DNA of 32,876 nt, taken from contig NOWV01000184.1 in the NCBI GenBank assembly GCA_003344405.1, forward strand, positions 124,001 through 156,876, written 5' to 3'. Made by a program: the position numbers and the translations under genes. The notes beneath the pieces were generated by a model. It was not told the DNA's origin, made no database searches, and was given only the letters and a program-made list of their open reading frames with translations. This stretch comes from Trichoplax sp. H2 (lineage: Eukaryota). This document shows, piece by piece, positions 1 through 13,800 of the stretch. Numbering within the stretch: the first letter of the stretch is position 1; the number at the start of each line of letters is the position of its first letter.

Positions 1-3000
1 TATATTGAAATTTGTCATATACAATTAATTTCCGTAAGGTTTCAATGTTTAAGGTTAATAGAATTCAATTTTTAGGCATACTTCCTAATCTACGAATTTG
101 TAGATTACTAAATGCTAATGAAGATGAATTAATTCTTGTAAAATTTCAAAAATTTATCTGACAAATATACTATCTTCAACCATAATAATTAATTAAATCA
201 GCCTCTTGTACTACGTGAATTTTAAATCTATACGTTTGTAAATTTGGATTCATTATATGAATGCATTTCAACAGCAGTTAGGTCGCTGGCTCTATTTGAA
301 TGTCCAGTATTTGTGGTTATTATTACGTAATATTGTAGAAGTTCAATTCATGATTTGGAACTATTGCAGATTTTAAAAGTTTAAAATGTTCAGATATTGC
401 CTCATACTGGAAATTTGAAGAACTGACATTTATCAGTGCTTAAAGGAAACATAAACCATTTAGCTCTTGGGCTGAGGAGGATAATAGCTGCTATGGCGAT
501 TAGACTATAGAGAAGATACCGAGAACTAGCACAGGTCCATGGCTACATTCTTAAGTTAATATTCGCGTATATATATATAATATATTAACATATACATTAT
601 TAAGTTATCCTTTTACTTATGTCTTTAATTTTATATCAAAACGTCGTACATACGTTAATAATGGGATGATTGTACGCTCGGTAATTATAAAAATGATTCT
701 GACATAAATAGTGCAATGCAATGATAGATTAAAATCAATAATTTAGTAAATAAATTAATTTAAAACTCTGTAAATTAATACAGCCAAAATGAAGGAGTGC
801 TACTAAATTCTATGTTAGTAGTAAAACAGCGTACTAAATGCTAACCATTGCTATTCTAATTATAAGTATATACTGATTAATAATTATGTAATAAATCATT
901 TTAAATGATTACTTATTACATTAAAGGATAATTTATAACATTAAATGGATTGTTATAAGTCTTAAATCATTGATTGACGTAAGAAAATATATGGAAATGC
1001 TACTGAATACTACATAAATCAAAAACTTGAGCCAAATGCTTATAGCTTCCTTTCAGATAGCATAATACTAACTGCATGCAAATATTTTGTTATAGTTGAA
1101 TACTAATTAATCAATATTCGCAATTTTTATGGCACTAAATTACAATAGATGGCTCGCGATTGAAGCAACTTTGCTAAGGCTTTGAATCATAAATGAATAG
1201 AAACTTAGCTTCAATGATTATACAAATTATCAGTAATTATAACGCTTCTCTAGGAAATCCTTTAACTGAATCGATCATGGTTGGGAATCTTTCAATTTTA
1301 CTACGAAATTTACTCTTACAGTCTAATATCGCCTTTAGCATAATTTATACCTAAGTATTGCAGTAAGTATTAATAAAATGACATTATCTCTTACCAGTTC
1401 ATGAATATTTTAAGATTAATATTTTGGTATCTTCATTAAGAGAGCAAGAGTTTATCAACATCTACCGTACCTTATAAAAAGTGCATTCTAGAGTAAAGCA
1501 ACAGTAAAATGGTCATTTATCATACTTATACATCTAAGCAACAACTTACTTCACATTAATTACCTTTATAGCTGAGTACAGGCCAAAAAGTGTAAATTTT
1601 CATATTGCATCATGCTCATCCAAAGCCATTTTCAGTTTCATACTTGGAATTCACAGTCACCATAGATTACCATTTTCTAAATTTGTAGTAGATCAAATAA
1701 TGATCTGAAAATTGAACAGTGCATCAATAAAATATTTAGAACGATTAATATCAAAGCTAGCCCTACAATCCCTGAAATAGAATTACACATAGTTTTTACA
1801 TGATCATATTCCGCTTTATTTATAAGCCATATAATTTTTTCTTCAATAAGTTTATAGCAATATTGTAGATAATTAATTTTGTACACACAACTTATATTGT
1901 GTGTCATTTATAAAATATGCTTCCAGATTTGCACCTAACTTAGTAAGCAATTGTTTAAATTGACCATGTGATTAAAGCTCCAGCAATGAAGAGCTGCGAA
2001 GAATAGTTGCATTTTTGCATTATACATAATACATAACAAATTACTGAAATATAATTTTATAATGCATTTTGTACCCACCGTACTTTATATTACAATTTGC
2101 TACACTATTTCTTACCTACGTAATTTTAATTGTAAGCAACTTGATACTATAGGATTAATGTCAATTAATAGATATGGGTTCACAGTCTATATTGTGCCCT
2201 ATTTACACGTTTCCTAACCTACAACTAACATGCTCGTATAATCGTTTCTAGCGTCAACATTCGTGATTTAGCTTTCATTATAAAGAGACTTACAAGAATA
2301 AATTACATTAAGCACAATCTACTTAGCAAAATGATACACAGCTGAAATATGATTGACCAATATATTTTTCATGTACTTAGGTACTGTGCTACTCTTCTCG
2401 CTACTTCATCTCTAAACCATGCAATTGTGAGCACAAGCAAATAAGATATCAATAGCATTCTGATATCGTTGCTCTTTGATTAGTAGACTTGGAGCAGTAA
2501 ATTCAAAAATTATCATCATTGGAAAGATATTCTTCTATTTTTATCTATTGCAGATTGTAACAAGTAAAACACTTTTATCTTCAATATTACTTTACATATA
2601 CAGCGCACTTGAAATGGTATTAAAGCTCAATAAATCTAAACAGTTCGATAGTAATTATGGTTATTGTTTTTCTTTAGAGCTGTTATGCACATCAAATCAT
2701 AAGATGATTGTTGTGACCTGCTACGAAATTTCTATAAAGGAAGCTTGATATGACCTCGCGTATAAACTAGATAAGCATATTATATACTTGCATTATGTCT
2801 CATATTCAGGTTATTCTGTTTACATTTAACTCAATAACCAATTATTTTATATCCTTAGTTCATCATTATAAAGATTTCTGTCGTGATAATACTCTTACAT
2901 GATAAAAACTTATTAAGTAAACTTAACTTGTTTGTTCTACATGAGAATGTGTCCTATTTATTTTATCTCTTAATTTATATTTTTGCTCCTCCAGATCGTT

Positions 3001-6000
3001 CAATTTAAGAATTTTAAACTTTATTACCAAATATACCAGCCGTAATTCACATACAATATTTTAGAAGTGCGAAGCTGCCGCACCTATATAATATCTTGAA
3101 ACGGTGATAATTTGTAGAGATTTAATCTTTCAAAGTGAGTATCTCGATTTTATTATATATGTGTGTACAATTTCTAGATTCTAAATTTACCATCTATTAG
3201 TTTTGCTTAATTTCAATTTCAATCCAATATAGAATAAAATGAACTACAGGAGATTACTTATTTAAACTAGATAGAATCTATTTTATATTCTCAGCGTAGA
3301 TATGTATTTAATCTTTCGCAAAAAGAATTAACGGAACTCTGATGTTAAAGTCGTATCTTCGATATGACGGGATTATTGTGCTAGTTGATTCGTACAAATT
3401 CTAATAAGTAATAATTTAAACAAAGCCAAGTTAGTAATAGAAGAAATTAGGTCGCTCCTTTCCTTTTATGATCTCTTTTCTCATGATGATGACGACTAAT
3501 AAACATAAAGAAAGTAACAGCTGATGTTTACCTTGATATGGAAGCTAATAATGGTTATAAAATTGAAAAACATACATCTCCACAAGTACAAAATAATAAC
3601 GCCATTGGTTAAATTCCGTCTTTTAATCTCCTATTGATTCATTTATAAGTCCAAGATATTGTTAGTACTGCTTAAGTAACAATGTTGACTTTATAATAAT
3701 GATGATATTTCATTTGAAAGATTAATTATGTATAATATATACATATATATATATATAATAACAAACTTGCCGAGAAAATTAGACAATGGTCTATAGTCGC
3801 AGATTGTCTTCTTGACGTTCAATCTTTGAATTCACCATAACAATACTCTCCATATGAAATATTTTTGGAGACTACTATCTGAAAAGAGATGAAATGATGC
3901 TATTTTATCCACCATGATTCTAACTTCGGCGGTATTTTGCGTGGTTAATGCTAAAAGACGTAATTGTCGCATAATGGTATCGCTTGTGATAATCATAAAT
4001 GACAGAAAAACTAAATTAATTAGATATCGATACCATTTCAATTCAAACGTATTGGTAGCATTTCATTCTACAAAGTTCTTGCCACTAATCTGTTCTATTC
4101 ATCACCTACGTAAAAAATACATCAGTTGTAAGCAGGTGTAAAATATTCATAACTTACCAAAGCGATAGTCTATTGTCGGGTGATTGTATTTAACCAACGT
4201 AACATCAATTAAAAATATGGCAACGACAAAAGGTCGTCATTACCGTTCTAATTATTGCTGAGGGCTTCTATAGTCTCCATTTTATTGTCAAATCTTCAAT
4301 GGCAAATAAAAGAATGATTATATTGACAATCCTGATCGAAGGAATTTTAGCTATTAAAGGATGTACGGGTGTGGTAATCTGAAATGAAAAAGTTACGGTT
4401 TCATTATACTGTACTACAAGTTATATACTCTTTCTAAACGCTCTTTCAATAAATTTTGTTACTTTTAATTATAGATTGACAGTAGTTTAAATCCGGTTTC
4501 TGATTCATTTCTTAGTTAACGATTAATATTGACATCCAGCCTAAGAATAGACTTAAAATCGTCAAATCGATCCGTAGGCAAAATATTTTAATCACAGTGA
4601 TCGATGGTTATTAATCCAAATTGATTTTGATTGCCGTTACAACTTTGATAGCAAGTAATCAACGATACAATGTAAGATATTGGAGCTTTTTTCTATCTAT
4701 AAAATCTTGATAAGTGTGTCAACTTGTGTATTTTAATTTTATCTCATCTTCAATTTTAACTGTCCTAAGGGATAAAGAGTCATGTTAAAGCTATGTATTT
4801 GTACGTTGACTCCAATACATTAAATTGCACTATGTCTAATTGTTTTGTTTCGGTACCATATCGATTGAAAATAGTTAAAACAGATCACGTTAGCATTATA
4901 ATGCTACGTCGTATTACATTATTGTTCTGTATTACTAAGAGCAATTGGAAACCTAATTTCTAAATCGATAACTTTTGACTTGATTCTATAGCTATAAATA
5001 TGGCACCGTTTCTGAGTTATTATGCTTTAAAGTGACTAATACGCTGTTACAAAATATTTACACTAAGCATGTAGTCTTTCTCCTACTGTCACTAACACGT
5101 TACTACAAAAAATAAGTCAGTTCCTTAATTGATGTAATATTGGTTCATTTGATAAACGAAGTTTAAAGAGATCCCAAATCATCTACTATATTCCAACGGT
5201 AAAATGTACATTACATCAATTTTCTTAATACTTTTAAGTCTTTTTAATAGCTAAATAAGTTCTCTTTGAGGTATTAATACGAAACTAGGAAGGACTGTGC
5301 GTCTTATTTACAGTAACGTTTAACAGCATAAATATTATATTAAATGTAAAGATGTATCGTATAAACCTTTGTGGCGTAATATTCTGTTTTTTATGATTTT
5401 GCATTACAACCATTCTAGTTTAGCCATAGTTTGTACACTAACGTTACAATATAAGTATTATTACTTATTAGACTAAATTTTGTTTAAACCCTGCTACCAA
5501 AACTTAAGATTCGATGATCATACAATCTGAGTGAATAGCGCCTTTTACAGTCTCTATCTTGAAATGGCATCTTAGTACTCTCTCCTTTCTTATAGCAGAT
5601 ACGCCACTCGCTGTTTTATATTACTATAGCCTAACTTGTTACTACGTTGCACTACCTTATCAAACTGAATTTGGGAGTTATTTTCAGAAGCAATACTTAA
5701 CCATGATAACATATGCAGACTACGTTAAAGATCCAAAGGAAATAAAGTATGATAACCAGATCATTCAAAAGTTAGAAGCGTTCAATTTAGGCTATATATT
5801 GTATCGTAAAATATCAATTTATTAGTTACTTCTCAAGATTTTATTCAAACAACTTGAAATACTCATACAGTGATGACTACATAAACAGCGATTAGCTGTC
5901 CCTTTTAGAATAAAAATATCCCATTTCTTCTTTAAAATTTTTTCCTATACACAAGCAATAGAAGTTCATTTAAAATATCTAAAGTCTATTCAAGAGAAAA

Positions 6001-6789
6001 TTTATATAACTTTCTAAAATTTACCTCTTTACGTAATCGTGCTGTATCGTGTTCGATTTTTCCGCTTATATACAGTACTAAACTAATGTAATATAGAAAT
6101 ATTATTCACATTATACTGAAAATTTACTCTTCGTATTATCCATGACCGAATATGTGTACAGTCAATTAGTTTCTGTCAGTAAAAGATACGATATTTGAGT
6201 TGATCAATGCTGTAATCTTATTTAGCCATGATCCAGCAATTCGAACAAATCTCCTAATGTTCTACAGCAGTAAGGGCTATTATCATATATATTTATAAAC
6301 CACTCAATTTCATATTGTCAAATTATAACTAGATTTACAGTGAAAAATTTATTGTTAAGCTCAATTTATCGCTTTAATTTTTCTTCACAATGACTTCATT
6401 TTGCATTAACTACTACCACACAGTTAACATTACAAATATATTTTAAAACTACATAATCCAAAAGGTTTATAAATTCACATTGACAGGTTACATTAAGCTG
6501 CAAATAAGCAGATAGCTGTAAAGTGCGTGAAGGTAGAAAGTTCATTATTGAAACTAATAGTATTGTAGGGAGATTTGATCGTCGTTTTCAATGATGTTCA
6601 GACCATAAAATATCAATGTTACTTTCAAAGGGAAAAATCTTTTAATGTACTTTAAATTCGTTCATTAAACAGTACTACCACTCAGTTATTCAATTCTATT
6701 CACAGCTTGATGGACTTCTTTGCCGATTATGAACACTTTGTATTATAAAATCTATCTCCGCCATTCTCGCCAGGAGAAAATTTTGACTA

Positions 6790-7180
6790 AAGCTTTTCCA
6801 ATTGCTTCTAGGTGATAGTTGGTTGATGTCAAGCCAGTCAAACATTTGCGAAATTTTTTTCCAGTCAAAATCCATACGAAAACGACTTAATTCACTGAAA
6901 AGCTACGGCAGTTCTTATCAGAAAGACTGACCTTTCCTATTATTCCGCAAGTTGAAACGTTTGTAAACTCACACTTCAAGCTTTAAGCTTTTTGAATTGC
7001 TTCTAGGTGATTATCGGTTGATTTCAAGCCAGTCAAACATTTGCGTAATTTTTTTTCCAGTCAAAATCCATACGAAAACGACTTAATTCACTGAAAAGCT
7101 ACTGCAGTTCTTATCAGAAAGACTGACCTTTCCTATTATTCTGCAAGTTGAAACATTTGTAAACTCACACTTCAAGCTTC
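6790..7180. repeat. Recent tandem duplication, 2 x ~195 bp
   Basis: 6790..6984 and 6985..7180 are nearly identical (aagctttt...attgcttctaggtga...tccatacgaaaacgacttaattcactgaaaagctac...gtaaactcacacttcaagctt) with only scattered substitutions and one indel. Confidence 0.97.
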
Positions 7181-7512
7181 ATTCGCCTCCATTTTCATCT
7201 TGTAAAAAGTGAAGCTTTTGTGTCAACAGTCAACACAGCTGTGTGTCAATAACACCGATCTAATTAACAACAACTTCACTCATATTATATCAAGCGCACT
7301 CAAAGTTAAGAAATCTTCATTCAACATTTCATTGTAAAGGTGAAACGTGCATACACACTCATGCTACAAGCTTCAACCGCCAGCATTTCATCAAGTAAAA
7401 AAGTGAAGTTTGAGTGTCAATACACCTGCCTACATATAAATACTGGTCAAATTGATCATTTTTATTCATATTATGTTGTATTAAGCACACTCAAAATCAA
7501 GAAATTTACATT
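7147..7512. repeat. Older diverged tandem duplication, 2 x ~192 bp
   Basis: 7147..7321 and 7339..7512 share colinear blocks tgaaac, caagcttca, tttcatc, gtaaaaa(a)gtgaag, gtgtcaa, catattat, aagcRcactcaaa, aagaaat at an offset of about 191-194. Confidence 0.85.
7435..7442 (+). promoter_or_regulatory. Possible TATA box for the scaffold gene
   Basis: TATAAATA about 300 bp upstream of the ATG; weak evidence in AT-rich DNA. Confidence 0.2.
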
Positions 7513-7739
7513 ATTCTTCTCCTAAATTCGGTGGATAAATAGTCATTTGTTGGTAATAATTACCTAAAGATCAACTTGATACAACGTAAACATCAAGGAT
7601 TTATAATAAAAGAGTTCCAATCAACCAATACTTTCAAATTTTCAATCACCTTATTTTAATATTGGACTTGACCCCTCTGATTGAGCGAATGGTGAATTTT
7701 ATTCGAGGATTGCCCGATCTAGATAGTTAATTTATAAGT

Positions 7740-7827
7740 ATGAAAAGTATCAATCATTGGAGTGAAGAAGAAGTTGACAAATGGCTTTGTCATCATCATT
7801 TAGAAGATGTAGCCCAATCTTTTCGAG
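7740..7827 (+). CDS. Scaffold gene exon 1 (start; SAM N-terminal part)
   Basis: ATG at 7740; MKSINHWSEEEVDKWLCHHHLEDVAQSFR; donor gtagtt at 7828, phase 1. Confidence 0.85.
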
Positions 7828-10800
7828 GTAGTTGGGATTTTAACATGTTGTTGTGTACACAGATTTAATTTACTATTAATGTAAAACTAGAAATTAACTG
7901 CCGGTAAATGGTACTTCATCTAATCAGTTGACGGGCTCTATATTGATTAATCAAACGATACCTAATCATAGACGATTAAATCAAAAGTTCTCATAGTATG
8001 ATTTTTTAATCTGTATAGCTGTTATTCCTTTAATTTGAAAGTTAATAGCATACAATTTTTAAGTATTTCTATATGCATTTCAGATTACGATACGAAATTA
8101 TCAATTCTTAAAATAGCTAGAAATATTAAGTATCTGAAAGTATGTTTGTGCAAAATGGCGAAACAGCAGGAACCTTTACCTACAATCTAAATTAAGTGAC
8201 TGTTTACATATTGAAAGCATTTAGGCAATTTAAAAGTCAAAAGTTAACACCTCCATAGGAATGTTGAACCTTAGCTAGCAAATTAAATATGATACTCTTC
8301 TCTTTCGGTACTTTATTTTACTACTCTATTCAGCCATGATTTAGAAGTAATCTTCTGACTCACATTCCTTCTTTTATCATACAATAATGTGATTTTCTTC
8401 GTATTTTTCACTCATTCTAGTCATATATAGCAGTATGTCATATGATTGAGTACAATACTACAAGTTATATAACAGTATAATTCTCCTTTTAATCTATAAA
8501 ATCTATGCTTTTAGCTTAGGAAATTTCCGTATTTGCGGAAATATTAGCTTATATTACAATTACTGATAAAATGCTTTCATTATGTAGGATTTTTAAAAAT
8601 ACCGTATCACAATAAAAGTAGCTGTAATATTAAGAATCGTAGATTTAGATTCTATTTACTATATTTCCTCGAAAGCTAACTAATCCTATTAATTTCACCT
8701 AGCGTTGCATATGAATGGCCCATCACTACTTCAAATATCAAGTAATAAGCTAGGTAATTCGATTTATTTAATACATATATATCTGAAACGTTTTAAGAAA
8801 AACCCTAAAATTTACCAATATTTACTGCCAAATGATAGGTTCGATAGTTTATAGATAAAGCTATTAAAACATTCTATTGGCTAAATTAATTTAATAGAAA
8901 ATTAAAATTAATATAGAACTCTGCTTACAAATGTTTTAAATAGATCAACTTGGAGTTTCGAAACACGTACAGAACAAACTGTTTAGTCTGCTATTTCATT
9001 TACGAATAATTGAAAGTCGTGGGCAAGATTCTAGCAAAGGATCTTGCCTATCTCAAAGTATGGCTACAAGATCAAATGCTGGTTCTGCACAAGCTTCCGC
9101 CGATAGTTCACCTCAAGGTAATGTAACCTTACTCCTGACTATCGCGCTAGGTCAATGCTATTATAGGGTATTCTGATGAATACCTGCATGCATTAAATAA
9201 ATATACAGGTGCGCCAAAGATATTGTAGTATCTAAATTGAGCTTTGTAGTCAGCGTACAGATGCAAGTTTTTAAATTTACTTGTGTACGAATATCTAGCA
9301 GTTAGTATAATGCGAATTTTATAATTCTATAACTCAAAATCCCCGCAATATTATTTAATAACGACTTTATTGCTTAAAATTATACCCGTATGTAGCCAAG
9401 CTTTTATTGAAAGGATAGAAAAAATCACAACTCTCATTATTGTATTAAGATCCGCCAACAAATTCTACTAATAATCCACGTAATTAATTACAATCACATA
9501 TTCAAATTATGTAAAGACGCAGCAGCGAGATAAAATAGAACTTTTGTATGATAATTAAATTTAGTTTAGGTTTAATATTAATATTAGAAGTTACTGAGTT
9601 AATAGGAGGGTACTACCTTCCGGTTGAACCTTAATTATTACCTTGCAGGTAGCGAGTTTAAAACATCGACGTTATAGTGATTACTCCCAATTACTTACAA
9701 TCTTAAATATTTTTATATCCGATACTTAATATTTGTATGAATTCAGCTACATATTGGCCAATCTAACATGCCAAATATGCAGTCTTAAAGCAATATCTTT
9801 ATTTACTTGCAATAGAAGGAAAATAAGAACATAACTCTTATTAAAATTAGGATGTGTATAAATTTATATTGCTATCATTTTCAAAATCGGTATTCAATTT
9901 GAACCAATTTAAATTTTATACCCAATCCGCTAAGAAACAATTAAAAGTTGTACTTAATTTAAGGTTATGAGGAAAGTTAATTTGACAAAGTTACTATATT
10001 TAGCCACTATTAATAATCTTAAAAGACCAATGCACTCTCAAATACAATTGTTATACACATCTGGTATTTTCGATTTATTGTCTTCTATCATGATACTAAA
10101 ATTATCCTATACATGTGCACGATCCTTCTTCTATACTTATTTATTTTCTTTAATGATAAAACAATCACCGTCCTAATACATTTAATCTTATCAGCATCTT
10201 GTGGCGTATTTAAATTATACTAGAGATGTTCCAAATTTCCTAGTAGAAAGCTTCCAACCAATATAATCAATTGCAATATAACTATCTGCGAATATAACCC
10301 TAGATATTAATGTAACATCATGAAGATGGTTTTTGCATTTCAAATCTCACGAACAAATATGTAGTTAGATGCTGGTGTTTATAATTAGGATAATGTAAAT
10401 AAACTGTTATTATATACTATAGAATCAAAGAACTGGGTAGAATGGCAGACAAGTGCTATTTCATAACTAAACTTAAGAAAGCCTCTTTATTTCTCATATA
10501 AAAATATTGATTGCATACAATTCTTATTTACCATTTTAAAATGTCATATCCGTAAATAATGCAATTCCTTTTTGGTATATCACTATATACGTATATTTTA
10601 ATCCTGTATAGCAGCCATAATAATTTAAATTGTAAGGTTTTATACTATGACAAGGGTCCATTCTAATCGTATTTCATCTTAGTAAACCGTTCTTTGAGTG
10701 GGTATGTTTACTAGTTTACTAATATTTGTCTAGACATACAGCCAAATTATCACTGATATATTATCAGCAACAAATTCAGCATTTATTAACTCAAATATAT

Positions 10801-13800
10801 CCCTGACATTTTAGGAGCTCGTCGAAGAAATAGAAGAAGAAGTTTACCGGTAATTCCAGCTAAAGTTAACGGCAAGGTAGTAGTATAGATATATATTATA
10901 CTTATTAGCTACTATCTACGTCAGTCAATGCTTTTATTTTCGAAATCTTGACATTTTAGAAGCATAGATGTAAATAGATGACAAGAGTATGGTGCTGTAC
11001 TTAAAATCGAAATTTTCCAGTAGCTTTCCCAGTAGTTTCGAGGTAGTTGCTGCGAAATTTTTCTATATGCGCAAATATCCTCATTTGGAACGAGATAGTA
11101 AAACGTGATTTTTGTCGACATTGATTCGCACGAAATTTTTACTTTTAAAATTTACTAACTTAAATAAGGGACAGTAACTCTTCTACAATGTAGCAATGTT
11201 ACTGCTATAGCATAATGCAGCGATTATTCAACATTTTCGAAACTGAATTGTACTTTAATAAAACTAGATACTGTTAGCGGTAACGATATCGTCTGTTTTT
11301 TGGTATGCTCTCAGTCAACTGAGGCGAGATCGTCAGCTAAGCTTCCACGTGAATATCTACCTTTATTCTGATTTCTCACCACCTTATATACTGTACAATA
11401 CAGTACCTTTTACTGATCTAGTATGGAACAGAACTAGTGCCGTTAAGCTCTGATAAGGTTGCAATACAACCGATATGAATACAATACAAGAAATTCTATA
11501 ATTAGATACAGAGACGCTAGTAAATCCGTAACAGATACCATCTAAAAAAATTGTAAGTTCGATTGAACAAAATGAAGATCGTATTTCATATAACAACTTT
11601 TGACGATTTGGACTTAATATATAGACTTTTTTTATATCTTTTTGACCATGGTTAAATATATAACACATGCAATCATACTTAGATTACTGCAAAAGACGCA
11701 CGAACTTTCTTATATCTTTTTTCTTATACTTAAATGTATTATGCACATAACCATATTTAGATACTTCAAAACATTCAATTGATGATAAAGTACTTCGTGA
11801 TCATATGTGAAACTAAAATTCACCCGCCGCAAATTCCATTATCATTGCCACGAGCTACTTTACAAAATTTTAATATAATAGCATTTATCAGTCAAATGGT
11901 TAATACTATTTATGCCACGAAATTATGCTTTGAATTTGAATGCCAGGATTTTATAAAATGCATTGCCCTTTTGACTGGCATCGTTCGACATCTAACGACC
12001 ATGCAGTAGTGATTTTACCAACGCCAATTAGTAAGCTCTTAACCGTAATTCTTAACCTTAAATGTTATTGACTTTAAAATTTTACAACTACCGTTTTTCC
12101 AGACAGACATTAATATTTGTTTAAATATTAACAGCAGACATACACATTAACACTGATAACGTCGTTGATCACTTCATTACTTGCGTGCTTTCATAAAAGT
12201 GTTTTTATTAATCACCATTAAATACAAAGAATATTTATATCTTTTATGTCTGTAAAACTATACACGTTGCTATATGGAAACCTAAGCATGATTATGTTTG
12301 CTGTTGATATTGATATAACGAATCTTATGATATTACGGGCAGCTTTTGTACTGTACTTTAAATCAGGCCTTGCGGATATTACATTGTCTCACAAATACCC
12401 TCACACCTACCCGAAAGCGAAATTCTTAAAAGTATACACCTGAATTTCGCTTAATGAATAATCCACCAACCATAATGACAATAACAAATCATACATCTAT
12501 ATTGCATTAACACATTGCAAGTTAGAAAAATACGCGAAAGAATAATATTTAGTTATAACAAAATCTTTGTTCGAGTTAAGTAAATAAATACCTCTATAAA
12601 TTTGAGGAGTCATTGTGCCGAATAAAGATGCCATGATAGCGATATGCCATGAAGACTCAATTTATAAGAAAAATAGTCATATAATAAGTTTAATATTGTA
12701 AGAATAATTATATTTATAAACCTGAAAATAGCGCTAGGATCGTTTAAGTACAATGACATTGTAAGTTCGCTATTGTAATCCAGCTATAACATCATCCATT
12801 CTAGACGTTATCGGCTTCAATAATATAGTTTATACACACGCAGAATCTGTACGATTAAGAGGTTTCATACTGATAATGATTTTGTTAGTTATATGTGTAC
12901 CACTAGTAGAACATAGTTTTTTGTATCTTGCTAAGAACGTGAATTAGCGAACTCTTTAAAGAGAGCTTCTAAGTAGTAATTAGAATAAGTATTGTGTATA
13001 GAACTAAGAAAGTAATTGGATTTGGTTATTACACCATTACATTGAGTGAGCATTTAATTCGATTAAATAGTGAAATTTCAAACTCCGGTAATGGTAATTG
13101 CTCTTTTGGATATTTATTCGAAATCTGCTTATCCTGGATATATTCAATTTAACGCTTTCATTTTAATGTTACTTCATTCATTTCAACTAGCATTGATACT
13201 ATCTAGATATGATCAATATTTTATCAATATGATCTAATTGTCATAGTTATTTTTAGGTTAGACTAGTTTCATATTGGGTTCAATAATTCAAGAGAAGTAG
13301 CCTTAGTAGCCTTTCAGAAACTAGCACAAACATATCTAGTAGAAATAAATTTCTTGTTGTAGATTATGACTCGTGTAATATTGAGATGGTATAGTTATCG
13401 TACAGTAACCTATAAGCCGTTATAAGAAAGTTAAGAAACATTAAAATACTAAGTAACCGCAACAATTGAAACCTGAAGCAGGAATCAGTGGTATTTATAG
13501 CTTTGGGAATAGAACACATGAGGAGACTGTAGGAGGAACGTCGACAATCATTCTTGCTATCGTGAATGTACAGACTACTACAGAGTAATATTAGATACAA
13601 TACAGTAAAATATACGATTGAAATCGCGACGAACTAGGATCTAAACCTTCATGTAATAAAATGTACACGTACAATACACATAAGGGAGACCGTCAGCAAT
13701 GCGACGGGGATGTTGCTAGTAATTTACTGTAATAAATTGTAACTTCAGTCATTTCTGCTATAAGTAATTCATTGCAATCGTCATAAATAAATATTAAATT

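Noticed and set aside
4891-4906. 16-bp palindrome TAGCATTATAATGCTA
   Set aside because: About one such AT-rich palindrome is expected by chance in a window of this size.
1677-7525. Short track ORFs (61-90 aa) in the left region
   Set aside because: I/L/F/Y/K-rich composition typical of AT-rich non-coding DNA, no motifs, several with non-ATG starts.
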